Part shown: one piece after another, positions 1 to 9,419 of the stretch
Layout: each line of letters starts with the position of its first letter
Numbering within the stretch: the stretch's first letter is position 1
NCBI GenBank assembly: GCA_002293615.1
Contig: DBDN01000081.1
Coordinates: 25,744 to 61,699 of the forward strand
Source: Betaproteobacteria bacterium UBA931
GTDB lineage: Bacteria; Pseudomonadota; Gammaproteobacteria; Burkholderiales; Casimicrobiaceae
Direction of reading: 5' to 3'
DNA: 35,956 nt
Notes under the pieces: generated by a model
The model's database searches: none
The model's input: only the letters and a program-made list of their open reading frames with translations
Told to the model about the DNA's origin: nothing
Translations under genes and position numbers: made by a program

Positions 1-1311
1 ACCGCCGGCGTTGTCGGTGATCGGCCCATAAGCGTCGAGTGCGACGATAATACCGGTCATCGACAGCATTGCGGTTGCCGCCACGGCGATTCCGAACAAG
101 CCAGCCAACGCGTAAGCGCCGAGAATTGATGCACACACCGCGAGTACCGGCCATGCGGTTGCCTTCATGGAGATGCCGAGGCCGGCAATGATGTTGGTGG
201 CGTGGCCGGTCGTCGATGCTTCGGCGACGTGTTTGACCGGTTTGTAATCGGTGCCGGTGTAGTATTCGGTAATGACAACCATTGCCGCCGTTAACGCCAA
301 GCCGATCAACGATGAGGCAAAGATTCGGCACCAAGTCAGGTCAGGGTAATGCGTATTGATATCGGCAAACATGAGCCGGGTGATTACCGCAAAGCCGATC
401 GCGGCGAGAATGCCGGCCACGATGAGCCCTTTATACAGCGCTTTCATGATTTTGTTATCACCGGTTTTCACGAAGAAGCAGCCGATAATTGAGGCGACGA
501 TGGAAAGTCCGCCCAATGCCAACGGATAAGTGACTGTCGTTTCGGCAATCGCGGGCAACATCAACGCGCCGAGCAACATGGTGGCGACGATGGTTACCGC
601 ATAGGTTTCGAAAAGGTCGGCGGCCATACCGGCGCAGTCACCGACGTTATCGCCGACGTTATCGGCAATCACTGCGGGGTTGCGCGGATCGTCTTCGGGG
701 ATACCGGCTTCAACTTTACCGACAAGATCAGCGCCGACGTCCGCGCCTTTGGTAAAAATGCCGCCACCCAGACGGGCAAAGATCGAGATCAGCGAACCGC
801 CGAAAGCGAGACCGACCAACGGCTGAATGGTATGGTGCAAATCGCGCGAAGCGTCCGGCGCCATGGCCAGCAAGATGCAATAAAAACCGGCAACGCCCAG
901 TAGGCCAAGGCCGACCACCAGCAAACCGGTGATTGCACCGCCGCGGAACGCAATATCAAGCGCTGGGGCGATGCCGCCGCGCGCCGCTTCGGCGGTGCGC
1001 ACATTGGCTCGTACGGAAACGTTCATACCGATATAGCCCGCCGCGCCGGAAAGCACAGCGCCGATCAGAAAACCAAACGCGGTCAGCCAGTTCAACGCGA
1101 TGCCGATGATAATGAATAATACTGCGCCGACGATACCGATGGTCAGATATTGGCGATTCAAATATGCTTTTGCGCCGGCCTGAATCGCGCCGGCGATTTC
1201 ACGCATGCGTTCGTTACCGTCAGATTTTTTGTTGATCCAAGCAATGGATGCGGCACCGTAAACCAGCGCCAGAACGGCGCAGCCAAGCGCCAAAGCGAGT
1301 CCTAGAGACAT
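1..1311 (-). CDS. hppA: K+-insensitive H+-translocating pyrophosphatase, N-terminal 437 codons (partial, continues past the left edge)
   Basis: My hand translation of the minus strand from ATG 1311..1309 gives [61 protein letters not shown]... This is the typical N-terminus of membrane pyrophosphatases. The frame stays open to position 1, so it is missing from the ORF track because it is open-ended. Confidence 0.88.
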   Translation of the reverse strand, partial: MSLGLALALGCAVLALVYGAASIAWINKKSDGNERMREIAGAIQAGAKAYLNRQYLTIGIVGAVLFIIIGIALNWLTAFGFLIGAVLSGAAGYIGMNVSVRANVRTAEAARGGIAPALDIAFRGGAITGLLVVGLGLLGVAGFYCILLAMAPDASRDLHHTIQPLVGLAFGGSLISIFARLGGGIFTKGADVGADLVGKVEAGIPEDDPRNPAVIADNVGDNVGDCAGMAADLFETYAVTIVATMLLGALMLPAIAETTVTYPLALGGLSIVASIIGCFFVKTGDNKIMKALYKGLIVAGILAAIGFAVITRLMFADINTHYPDLTWCRIFASSLIGLALTAAMVVITEYYTGTDYKPVKHVAEASTTGHATNIIAGLGISMKATAWPVLAVCASILGAYALAGLFGIAVAATAMLSMTGIIVALDAYGPITDNAGG

Positions 1312-1578
1312 AACCGTATATTCCCAAAAACTAATTTTCAGGCATCAAGAACGCTTTATGTTCGGACCGAATGCGGTGTCGTTAAAACGTTCGCAGTGCC
1401 TATCCATAACCCCACCAGACGGCGAGGCGCTCAATATGTTGCCGTTTGGGCAAATGTAACTGCGCTCATAAGGCGGCAAACGCGCTATTCTCCGTTTCTT
1501 TGCCGTGCTTGTCGAGCGTTTGCGATAGAAAATACGATTTTTCGTAATTTATGCGGAAAGAACGGAGGAAATGAGACG

Positions 1579-2181
1579 CTATGCAATAAGGGTTTTCGGG
1601 GCCAGTACCAGATGGCGCAGTTCTTCTTCGGTGGGCGGGTGCAATGGGTCGAAAGAAAGATAATTGGCGCCGGCCGTTTTCAAAGCTGCTTGCTTGGCTT
1701 TATGCAGGCGCATGCGGTCAGTGTCTGTGACAATGGCAGGGTCTTCAAGATCAACGATGGCGATGATGACCATGTCGCCATCACAAATGACAAAGCTGAC
1801 GTCGAGGAAGGCGATGCGGCGAAACGCTTCGATACGCATTTCATCACCTTCTATGCCCGCAAGTTGTAATAAATCGATCATGCGGACACGCGCCAGCACT
1901 TCATGCTGAGGAAAGGCATGTTTTAAATATTGGTACGCGATTGTTTCCAGTTTGCTCAAAAAACGCGGGCGCATCATATAAAAACCGGGCTGTTCCGCCG
2001 AAGATAATAAACGCGTGGTTTCTCCCTCGGTCCAGCCGGGCAGTGATACGGTGTCTGCGCCGATCATGGCCCGAAATTTTTTTGCCTGCTTGTCGCGCCG
2101 GATAAAGCCGGTGATAACGATTACGGCAAAAACGATCAATAGAAAAGTAAACAGCCAAACACCATTTCCCGGATTATCCAT
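1579..2181 (-). CDS. Membrane-anchored DUF2726-like protein (restriction-endonuclease-like fold family, function unknown)
   Basis: 200-aa ORF with an N-terminal TM helix (VWLFTFLLIVFAVIVITGFI). The C-terminal block FLDVSFVICD...IIAIVDLEDP...DRMRLHKAKQAALKTAGANYLSF fits the DUF2726 pattern as I remember it. Confidence 0.6.
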   Translation of the reverse strand: MDNPGNGVWLFTFLLIVFAVIVITGFIRRDKQAKKFRAMIGADTVSLPGWTEGETTRLLSSAEQPGFYMMRPRFLSKLETIAYQYLKHAFPQHEVLARVRMIDLLQLAGIEGDEMRIEAFRRIAFLDVSFVICDGDMVIIAIVDLEDPAIVTDTDRMRLHKAKQAALKTAGANYLSFDPLHPPTEEELRHLVLAPKTLIA

Positions 2182-2299
2182 AATTTATTGACGTTGCTTT
2201 TATCTCGTTTGTTGATTCAACCTGGAATATTTTTCGATTTTTTGGAAAAAACGAAAAACCTCTTCTATATATTACATGAAATCAATACAATACACATTT

Positions 2300-2490
2300 C
2301 GTTTATCAGGTGTCTGTCGCCGATGAGGTACAGATGAAACGGGAATACGGTGTGTTTGCAACAGCAGATAATTCCGTAGCTGCCCCCGCAACGGTAATTC
2401 GGTGTGGGCGATTCAAGAAGCCACTGTTTAATCAATAAATGGGAAGGCGAATCGTCAAATCCGATAAGCCCGGAGACCGGCCTGATGAAA
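2300..2490 (+). promoter_or_regulatory. Cobalamin (B12) riboswitch aptamer in the btuB leader
   Basis: Conserved riboswitch core strings are present: gggaatacggtg, gctgcccccgcaacggtaa, and a B12 box aagcccggagaccggcctg at 2466..2484. It sits directly upstream of a TonB-dependent BtuB-like receptor. Confidence 0.85.
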
Positions 2491-2601
2491 TGATGGTCAA
2501 TACGCGGAGGGCGTTGATGGCGAATCGGAATTTCCGGCAGCGTGGGCGCTGCCGCGCTGTTTCGTACGCTCTCCTAAAAAGAACTATTGGAAAGGGAGAG
2601 T

Positions 2602-4464
2602 ATGAATCTGTATCATCAATATGCTTGGTTGCTGGCACTGATTGCTGCAGTGCCTTCACCGCTTTTTGCGCAGCAGAGCGCCGGTTTTCTGCCGGAGATT
2701 GTCGTCACCGCGACGCGCAACGAAATACCGTTTGAAGATGCGCTCGCCGATGTGACCGTGATCGATGAGGATCGTATCGAAAAAAGCGGCGCTGCCAGCC
2801 TGGGAGAGTTGCTGCGTCGTCAACCTGGCGTTGAGATTGTTCATAACGGCGGCACAGCGGCGATGACCAGCGCTTTCGTACGCGGCAGTAACAGCGGCCA
2901 TGTGGTGGTTTTGATCGATGGTGTGCGTACGGCATCGGTTTCAACAGGCGCCACGTCATTGGAGATGATTCCGCTTGAGCAAATCAGCCGCATTGAAATT
3001 GTACGTGGCGCGGCTTCATCGTTGTATGGCGCGGATGCGGTTGGCGGTATTATCCAGATTTTCACCAAACGCGGCGATGGCGTTCCGCTATCACTGTCCG
3101 GCGAAGTCGCGTGTGGTACGGATCGCACTTGCCGCAGCAATGGGCAGGCTTCCGGTGAAAGCGGGCCATTGCGCTGGTCGTTCGGCTTGGGCAACGAGCA
3201 TAGTGATGGTTTTAATGCGATTGTTAACCCCAATCATTACAGTTACCAACCGGATCGCGATGGTTACCAGAAAAATCATCAGCGTGCCGCATTTGAGTTA
3301 AAGGTACACGATGACCACCGCTTGAATGTTTCTTTTTTTCGTAGCGACATTAATGCGCAAATTGATTCCGGCTCGAATGATGATGAGCGGACAAAAACGG
3401 TGTACGCGCAGGGGCAATTGGGTGGCGAGCATCGTGTTGCCGGGCTTTGGACAGCGCGTTGGCAGTATGCTGATATGCATAACGATTCGGAAACGCGAGG
3501 TTGGGGCGACATTTATCACTACAAAACACGAGAAAAGCAATATTCGTTTCAGAATGATGTTAATGTCAATCTGGGCCCGTTAAGCGGGACTTTATTGGCG
3601 GCATTTGAACACCGCCAGGAAAGATTGGTCAGCAGTACTGAATTTGATCGCGATCGACGCGACACCAATGCGTTGATCGGCGGTTATCGCTGGCAGCGCG
3701 ATCAACACGCGTTGCAGTTATCAACGCGTTACGACCATTCATCGCAATACCAGGGCGAAACCACGTGGGGCGTAAACTATGGTTACGCGTTTGCGCCGAA
3801 CTGGAAAGTAGTGGTTGGTACGGGCAGCGCGTTTAAAGCGCCGTCGTTTAACGATCTTTATTTTCCCGGTTACGCCAACCCGGATTTGGCGCCTGAGAAA
3901 GCGCGCAATGTCGAGCTGGGTGTTCGTCAATTGTTGCGGCGCGGCTCTCTTGCCGGAGAAAGGCGGTTGACAGCGTGGGAAAACCGTGTCAGCAATCTGA
4001 TTGCGTATACCTGCAACGGCGAATATGTTTGCCGCCCGGAAAATGTCAACAATGCCCGTTTGCATGGCATTACGTTAAGCGGCGACTTTGACTGGTCTGA
4101 TTATGGCGTGGCGTTTTCTTTCGACTGGCAATCGCCGAAAGATCGCGATACGGGACGTTTGCTGGCGCGCCGCGCGAAAACGCATGGCAGCATTACGTTC
4201 AGTCGCCGGTTTGGGGCGTTTTATGGCGCGATTAATGTTCTGGGCAGCGGCTATCGTTATGATGACGCGGCGAACACTACGCGGCTCGGCGGTTATGGTG
4301 TGGTCAATCTGTCTGCCGAATGGACAACACCGCTGTCGCAGCAGGCATCGCTGACCTGGTTTGCCCATATCGATAATCTGCTCGATAAGGATTACGCGCT
4401 TGCTGCCGATTATGCAACGGGCGGACTGCAGATGATGGTTGGCGTGCGCGGTAAATTCAACTGA
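2602..4464 (+). CDS. btuB: TonB-dependent vitamin B12 outer-membrane receptor
   Basis: Signal peptide MNLYHQYAWLLALIAAVPSPLFAQQ, TonB box-like EIVVTATR, plug-domain motifs (IEIVRGAASSLYGADAVGGIIQIFTK) and a C-terminal beta-barrel ending in F. A B12 riboswitch lies upstream. I chose ATG 2602 because it follows the RBS gggagag; the ORF track starts at 2587. Confidence 0.9.
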   Translation: MNLYHQYAWLLALIAAVPSPLFAQQSAGFLPEIVVTATRNEIPFEDALADVTVIDEDRIEKSGAASLGELLRRQPGVEIVHNGGTAAMTSAFVRGSNSGHVVVLIDGVRTASVSTGATSLEMIPLEQISRIEIVRGAASSLYGADAVGGIIQIFTKRGDGVPLSLSGEVACGTDRTCRSNGQASGESGPLRWSFGLGNEHSDGFNAIVNPNHYSYQPDRDGYQKNHQRAAFELKVHDDHRLNVSFFRSDINAQIDSGSNDDERTKTVYAQGQLGGEHRVAGLWTARWQYADMHNDSETRGWGDIYHYKTREKQYSFQNDVNVNLGPLSGTLLAAFEHRQERLVSSTEFDRDRRDTNALIGGYRWQRDQHALQLSTRYDHSSQYQGETTWGVNYGYAFAPNWKVVVGTGSAFKAPSFNDLYFPGYANPDLAPEKARNVELGVRQLLRRGSLAGERRLTAWENRVSNLIAYTCNGEYVCRPENVNNARLHGITLSGDFDWSDYGVAFSFDWQSPKDRDTGRLLARRAKTHGSITFSRRFGAFYGAINVLGSGYRYDDAANTTRLGGYGVVNLSAEWTTPLSQQASLTWFAHIDNLLDKDYALAADYATGGLQMMVGVRGKFN

Positions 4465-4466
4465 TG

Positions 4467-4516
4467 GCCGGGCATGTGTACAATGGATTTCATGCCGGGA
4501 ATTTTTTGTTTTTTTG
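4467..4516 (+). terminator. Putative rho-independent terminator after btuB
   Basis: Imperfect hairpin ccgggcatg...catgccgg (one bulged G) followed by aattttttgttttttt. Confidence 0.5.
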
Positions 4517-4572
4517 TATCTTGTGCGAAGGCTGTTCCGTAAAAATAACTTTGAGAAAGGCTTGAAAGAACC

Positions 4573-5010
4573 ATGAACAGAATAAATCTTGTTTGCCTTG
4601 GTGTTCGCGACATGGAAAAATCTTTGGCGTTTTATAAAAACATAGGGTTCAAAACCTATGTTAAGGAAAATAATCCGCCGATCGTCTTTTTCGATAACCA
4701 AGGGAGCAAACTGGAACTTTATCCCATAGAAAAGCTTGCCGAAGATATCAATGCCGATCATTCGCCCGAGGTTTGCCGGGCGGGATTTTGCGGCATTACT
4801 TTGGCCTGTAATATGAAATCGGAGCGGGAGGTTGACGATTTAATGAGTACGGTTGCCAATCATGGCGGCACGGTGGTTAAAAAACCGGGACATGTTTTTT
4901 GGGGCGGTTACAGTGGCTATTTTCAGGATCCGGACGGTTATTATTGGGAAATTGCCTATGGTTCCGTTTGGGAGTTTGATGAAAAGGATATGCTGATTAT
5001 TCATGAATAA
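4573..5010 (+). CDS. VOC-family (glyoxalase/bleomycin-resistance/dioxygenase fold) protein
   Basis: 145 aa. N-terminal INLVCLGVRDMEKSLAFYKNIGF and C-terminal GYFQDPDGYYWEIAY are typical VOC/glyoxalase signatures. Confidence 0.8.
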   Translation: MNRINLVCLGVRDMEKSLAFYKNIGFKTYVKENNPPIVFFDNQGSKLELYPIEKLAEDINADHSPEVCRAGFCGITLACNMKSEREVDDLMSTVANHGGTVVKKPGHVFWGGYSGYFQDPDGYYWEIAYGSVWEFDEKDMLIIHE

Positions 5011-5124
5011 ATCATTGCTGAATGATTGCTCGTAATGGGTATGCGAAACGTGGTTGTCCGGTTGAAATTTTTATGGTGTGAGGCACGTTATTTTCTGATT
5101 GCATATTCAGGATTACGAAAAAAC

Positions 5125-6018
5125 ATGGTTTTGAAATGTGCCGGGCAAAAGGTGGCGGCCAGTATTGCATCCGTTATCTTGTTGCTGTCGTCTCATCATG
5201 TGGTTGCGCAAACAGCGGCCGTCGACAGCACGGGGGCGCGGATTACCTTAACGCAAGCGGCGAAACGCATTGTCACTTTGTCGCCACACGCAACCGAGTT
5301 GGTTGTTGCAGCGGGCGCGCTTGATGCGATCGTCGCCGTATCCGAATATTCCGATACGCCGGATCAAGTGAAATCGTTGCCGGTGGTAGGCAATGCCTCG
5401 GCGTTGGATTATGAAAGAATTGTCGCGTTGCGACCGGATTTGATCGTAGCCCCCTCTTATGTGCAATCCGCCCAACGTGCCTTATTAAAGAATTACCCGT
5501 TATTTATTGTCGATGCTAAAACGCCGGAGGCGATTGCTGACGAAATTGTTGCTTTGGGCGCGTTAACGGGTCATGAAACGATTGCCGCCCAAGAGGCGTC
5601 GCGGTTACGGTTACGGCTGAATGCTTTACGCGCGCAGCGCGGTGGAAAACACGTCCGCGTGTTTTACTTGGTCTGGAATGAACCGATTTATACGGTCGGC
5701 GGGGCATCGCTTATCAATCAGGCGATTCGGTTTTGCGGTGCGACAAATATTTTTTCGGAAATGCCGGCAGCTTTTCCGGTTGTCTCCCGGGAAGCGGTCA
5801 TTCAGGCAGCGCCGGAGTTGATGATTTTGGGCGCTTCGGAAAAAAACTTTGAGGTATGGCGTCAAGATTGGCTGCGCTGGACACAAATTCCCGCGACGGA
5901 AAAACAAAGTATCGTTCGTGTTGATCCCGATTTATTGCATCGCCCGGGGCCGCGCTTTATCGACGGGATGGAGACGCTGTGCCGGACGATTGCGCAAGCG
6001 AAGGCACAAAAGTTTTGA
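5125..6018 (+). CDS. btuF: Periplasmic cobalamin/siderophore-type ABC substrate-binding protein (BtuF-like)
   Basis: Signal peptide KVAASIASVILLLSSHHVVAQ, then RIVTLSPHATELVVAAGALDAIVAVSEYSD...LRPDLIV and PGPRFIDGMETL, which are typical of the BtuF/FecB cluster. I chose the internal ATG at 5125; the ORF track starts at 5026. Confidence 0.8.
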   Translation: MVLKCAGQKVAASIASVILLLSSHHVVAQTAAVDSTGARITLTQAAKRIVTLSPHATELVVAAGALDAIVAVSEYSDTPDQVKSLPVVGNASALDYERIVALRPDLIVAPSYVQSAQRALLKNYPLFIVDAKTPEAIADEIVALGALTGHETIAAQEASRLRLRLNALRAQRGGKHVRVFYLVWNEPIYTVGGASLINQAIRFCGATNIFSEMPAAFPVVSREAVIQAAPELMILGASEKNFEVWRQDWLRWTQIPATEKQSIVRVDPDLLHRPGPRFIDGMETLCRTIAQAKAQKF

Positions 6019-6766
6019 CGCCTTTTTTTTCCAGCGCGATCATCGGCGTATGAAAAAGTTGGGAGAGCGCGGCCTCGGAGAGTAATTGGGCAGCATCACC
6101 CCATTGGCTTTCTTTCCCATTAAGCAGTATCACATGATCGGCGTAACGCGTTGCCAGGTGCGGCTCATGCAATACCATGAGTAGCGCCGCGCACTGTTTT
6201 TTGACATGCGCGCAAACGGCGTCGAGCGCTGTAATTTGTTGCCCTGGATCGAGGTGAACCGCGGGTTCGTCCAGCAAATACAATTGCGGTTGCTGTGTCA
6301 GCATTGCCGCCAGCGCGACGCGCTGGCGTTCGCCGGCGGATAAAGTGCGGACATCGCGTTCGCGCAATGCTTCCAGACCAAACAAGGCAAGCGCTTCGCA
6401 CGTTAACGCGTAATCTTCTTCGTTTTCCCACTGCCACGTCGGGAAATGCGGATGACGCCCGGCGAGCACAGCATCGAATACCGTTAAGCTGAAGGCGTCA
6501 AACGGCAGCGCGGAAAAAAAAGCGCGCAATTTTGCTTGTGCGTGCAACGATATATGCGCGATATTTTGATCGGCCAGTAATATTTCGCCGCGGTAGTTTG
6601 GCAAAAGGCCGGCAAGGCAAGAAAGTAAAGTGGTTTTTCCGGTGCCGTTTGGGCCGAGTATTGCCCAGCATTCGCCACGGCGTACCTGAAACGACAGGTC
6701 GCAAAATAATTCGTGCCGGTGACGGGCGAAGCCCAATCGGCGAACATCAAGCAATATTTCGGGCAT
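5957..6766 (-). CDS. btuD: ABC transporter ATP-binding protein (BtuD/FecE family)
   Basis: Walker A GPNGTGKTTLL, signature LSAGERQRV and Walker B LYLLDEP. It lies immediately downstream of the permease gene. Confidence 0.85.
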   Translation of the reverse strand: MPEILLDVRRLGFARHRHELFCDLSFQVRRGECWAILGPNGTGKTTLLSCLAGLLPNYRGEILLADQNIAHISLHAQAKLRAFFSALPFDAFSLTVFDAVLAGRHPHFPTWQWENEEDYALTCEALALFGLEALRERDVRTLSAGERQRVALAAMLTQQPQLYLLDEPAVHLDPGQQITALDAVCAHVKKQCAALLMVLHEPHLATRYADHVILLNGKESQWGDAAQLLSEAALSQLFHTPMIALEKKGVKTFVPSLAQSSGTASPSRR

Positions 6767-7788
6767 TATGCTCGCCTCAATAAAAGCAGAAAGATTGGTA
6801 CGCCAATCAGTGCGGTAAGTACGCCGGTCGGCAACATGTAAGGCGCGGCGATCGTGCGTGCCAATACGTCAGCAAACATTAAAAATGCGCCGCCGCCCAA
6901 TGCGCATGCAGGCAACAAGATGCGTTGATCGTTGCCAAGCATCAGACGCAGCGCATGAGGGACGATCAGGCCAATGAAAGGCAAACAACCCGCGGTTACC
7001 ACGGAAGCGGCAGTGGCAAGCGCGGCGAGCAGATAAAGCATCATCTGTGTCCGTTTCACGGGGACGCCGAGCGTTTCGGCGTATTGGCTGCCTTGGACAA
7101 GGCGATTTAAGTGCCTTGCTTGTGGCCAGATCAATGAAAGCGTAAACGCCAGCACGGCAAGAGCCGGCCAATAAACGCGGGCATTCGATAAGTCGCCCAT
7201 CAGCCAGGTCAACGCGCCACGGAGTTGTGCATCGGGTGCCAAGGTCAGCAATAAAACAATGAGTGCGCCCCAGCCGGCGGCGATGACAACGCCTGTTAAC
7301 AACAGGCGGGGCATGATGCCGATGGCCAGCGCAGGCTCTGTTTTCCCGAAACCGAATTGGCCAAAACCGAATGCGCCAAACCAGACGAGAAATGTGGAAA
7401 GCAATGCGCCGGTTAATGCCAGCGGCGCTTGTAAAATGGGCGTTGCCAACAGTAAAGCGCATAACGCGCCTACCGCAGCGCCGCCGGAAACACCGAGTAC
7501 ATACGGGTCTGCCAATGGGTTACGCAACAACAGTTGCATCATGGCGCCGGCAAGTGCCAGTAATCCGCCGCAGGCAAACGCGGCCAAAGCTCGCGGCAGG
7601 CGCAAATCAAGGACGATGGCCGCATGCTCGCCGGACGCTCCGTTAAGCGCAGAGATAATTTGCGTGAGCGGAATCGAGACGCTGCCGGACAACAAAGACA
7701 ACCCCAGCGTCGCCAACGCACACAGCGACAGCAAAATCAGGATAAGGAAATAACGCCGTTGGCGGATACGATACAAATTTTGCGACAT
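6766..7788 (-). CDS. btuC: FecCD-family ABC permease (BtuC-like)
   Basis: Polytopic membrane protein containing LRNPLADPYVLGVSGGAAVGA and other FecCD motifs. I chose the ATG at 7788 (MSQNLYRIRQRRYF...) rather than the ORF-track start at 7893. Confidence 0.85.
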   Translation of the reverse strand: MSQNLYRIRQRRYFLILILLSLCALATLGLSLLSGSVSIPLTQIISALNGASGEHAAIVLDLRLPRALAAFACGGLLALAGAMMQLLLRNPLADPYVLGVSGGAAVGALCALLLATPILQAPLALTGALLSTFLVWFGAFGFGQFGFGKTEPALAIGIMPRLLLTGVVIAAGWGALIVLLLTLAPDAQLRGALTWLMGDLSNARVYWPALAVLAFTLSLIWPQARHLNRLVQGSQYAETLGVPVKRTQMMLYLLAALATAASVVTAGCLPFIGLIVPHALRLMLGNDQRILLPACALGGGAFLMFADVLARTIAAPYMLPTGVLTALIGVPIFLLLLRRA

Positions 7789-7885
7789 GAGGGCATTATA
7801 CGGAAAAGCCGGAAAGGGAAACGGCATCATCAAAAGATGCGCTTTATAATACCGGCTCGATTTCGTAAACCGACGACACCGCTTC

Positions 7886-8494
7886 ATGAACAAAGCTTTT
7901 ACCCGCGAAGACGACGATACCGATGCCGACGATCTTCCCGAGAAAAATGATGCCTTGGGTGAACGCCCGAATTACATAACGCCCACTGGTTTTGCGCGGC
8001 TGAAGGCGGAGCTTGATCATTTGAATCTCAAAGAGCGTCCGGCGCTGGTGGCGACAGTGGCGTGGGCGGCAGGCAATGGCGATCGTTCGGAGAACGGGGA
8101 TTATATTTATGGGAAAAAACGTTTGCGGGAGATTGATCGGCGTATCCGTTTTCTGGTGAAGCGGCTCGATAGCGCGGTGGTTGTCGATCCGGCGGAGCGC
8201 CGTGAAAGAGAAAGTTACGTTTATTTTGGCGCGACGGTGGATATCGTTAATGAGAATGGTGAGAAAAGAACGGTGACAATTGTTGGTGTCGATGAGTTCA
8301 ATCCGGCGCAAGGGTATATCAGCTGGGTTTCACCGATGGCAAAAGCGCTGCTGCGTGCGCGTGTCGGCGATACCGTGGTGTTAAGGACACCGGCTGGCGA
8401 TGAGGAAATTGAAATCACGGATATTCGTTATGAACCTGTCACGTTTATTCGGGAATCTGGTCATGCCGACGAAAAAAGCAAGAAGAAAGATTGA
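7886..8494 (+). CDS. greB: Transcription elongation factor GreB (with an acidic N-terminal extension)
   Basis: NYITPTGFARLKAELDHL...AAGNGDRSENGDYIYGKKRLREIDRRIRFL...YISWVSPMAKALLRARVGDTVVLRTPAG matches the Gre coiled-coil plus C-terminal domain. Confidence 0.9.
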   Translation: MNKAFTREDDDTDADDLPEKNDALGERPNYITPTGFARLKAELDHLNLKERPALVATVAWAAGNGDRSENGDYIYGKKRLREIDRRIRFLVKRLDSAVVVDPAERRERESYVYFGATVDIVNENGEKRTVTIVGVDEFNPAQGYISWVSPMAKALLRARVGDTVVLRTPAGDEEIEITDIRYEPVTFIRESGHADEKSKKKD

Positions 8495-8566
8495 CGTTGT
8501 CGCTTGTGCCGAGTACTCTTTCCCACACAAACATGGTTTATAGCGCGGTGTGTATCAGGTGTATCG

Positions 8567-8773
8567 ATGAACACGGAACTTCGAATCTTTGAAAAGAAAC
8601 TGATAACGTTATTGGAGCACACCAAGGCGTTGCGCATGGCCAATGAAGTGCTGAAAAAAGAAGTGGAGCGGTTGCGTGATGAAAATCAGTCGCTCGCATT
8701 GCGTACCGAATCCGCGGTCGCACATATTGAGGCGCTCATGCAACGGTTGTCGGAAGCGGGGGCGGGTGAATGA
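8567..8773 (+). CDS. Small coiled-coil protein (TIGR02449/ZapB-like) upstream of zapA
   Basis: 68-aa heptad-rich sequence MNTELRIFEKKLITLLEHTKALRMANEVLKKEVERLRDENQSLAL... Its stop overlaps the zapA start. The family name is from memory. Confidence 0.6.
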   Translation: MNTELRIFEKKLITLLEHTKALRMANEVLKKEVERLRDENQSLALRTESAVAHIEALMQRLSEAGAGE

Positions 8774-9105
8774 AGCAAGACAATCGTTCTTTGGCGCTTG
8801 ATGTTCATATTCTCGGGCGCGTGTACAAAGTGGCATGTCAGGAAAGCGAGCGCAAGGCACTGTTGGAGGCGGTGTCGTTGCTTGACGGCAACATGCGAAA
8901 GATTCATGAAAGCAATAAATCAATAGGCGTTGAGCGCGTGGCGGTGATTGCCGCGCTGAATTTGGCAAATGAGTTATTGCAGTCGCGTAAAGACACCGAA
9001 CGGGCGCAACAAATCGCCAATGCCAAGCCGGACGATATGGTGTATCTGCAGCATCGCTTGCGTGATTTTAGCCAGACCATTGATCAAGTCCTCAACGACA
9101 TGTAA
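8770..9105 (+). CDS. zapA: Cell division protein ZapA
   Basis: LDVHILGRVYKVACQESERKALLEAVSLLDGNMRKI...VERVAVIAALNLANELL is the classic ZapA pattern. Confidence 0.9.
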   Translation: MKQDNRSLALDVHILGRVYKVACQESERKALLEAVSLLDGNMRKIHESNKSIGVERVAVIAALNLANELLQSRKDTERAQQIANAKPDDMVYLQHRLRDFSQTIDQVLNDM

Positions 9106-9167
9106 TTATTTTCCGTTGCGCGCCAATTAGCGATTGCGTTTCTCAAGAAAAAAGCGCACGATAACGT

Positions 9168-9344
9168 TATTCCCTGCGGTGCTCGTGACAGCCATATATT
9201 CTTTGAACCAATGCTTTATAGCTAGGTTGCCGACTTCGGAGACTGGTGTTTGTGTTCACACAGAACGCATCTGAAGGTCTCGTCAAGCAGCCGTCTTGGA
9301 CTCAGGTTCCAAGATGAGGCTAGACGGCACAGGCGGGGATCTAA
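9168..9344 (+). ncRNA. ssrS: 6S RNA (ends approximate)
   Basis: It occupies the conserved position directly downstream of zapA. About 177 nt, with complementary termini (attccctgcggtgc...gcacaggcggggat) that form an interrupted closing stem. No ORF. A terminator follows. Confidence 0.7.
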
Positions 9345-9389
9345 TTCAGCTGCGTTGACTCAGTTACAGTGCCGCCAAAATATTTAATG

Positions 9390-9419
9390 CCGCCTTTTTA
9401 AATTAAAAGGCGGTTTTTT
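9390..9419 (+). terminator. Rho-independent terminator downstream of 6S RNA
   Basis: Perfect 9-bp stem ccgcctttt/aaaaggcgg, a 6-nt loop, then tttttt. Confidence 0.7.

Noticed and set aside
1396-1869. 157-aa plus-strand ORF.
   Set aside because: It overlaps the DUF2726 gene on the opposite strand and the hppA upstream region, and it has no motifs. It is probably spurious.
4075-4761. 228-aa minus-strand ORF.
   Set aside because: It runs antisense across the btuB 3' end, its terminator and the VOC gene start, and it has no recognisable features.
7886-7970. The acidic N-terminal extension of GreB (about 27 aa, DDDTDADD) as something unusual.
   Set aside because: It could simply reflect start-codon choice or lineage-specific variation. 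No independent signal supports a special role.
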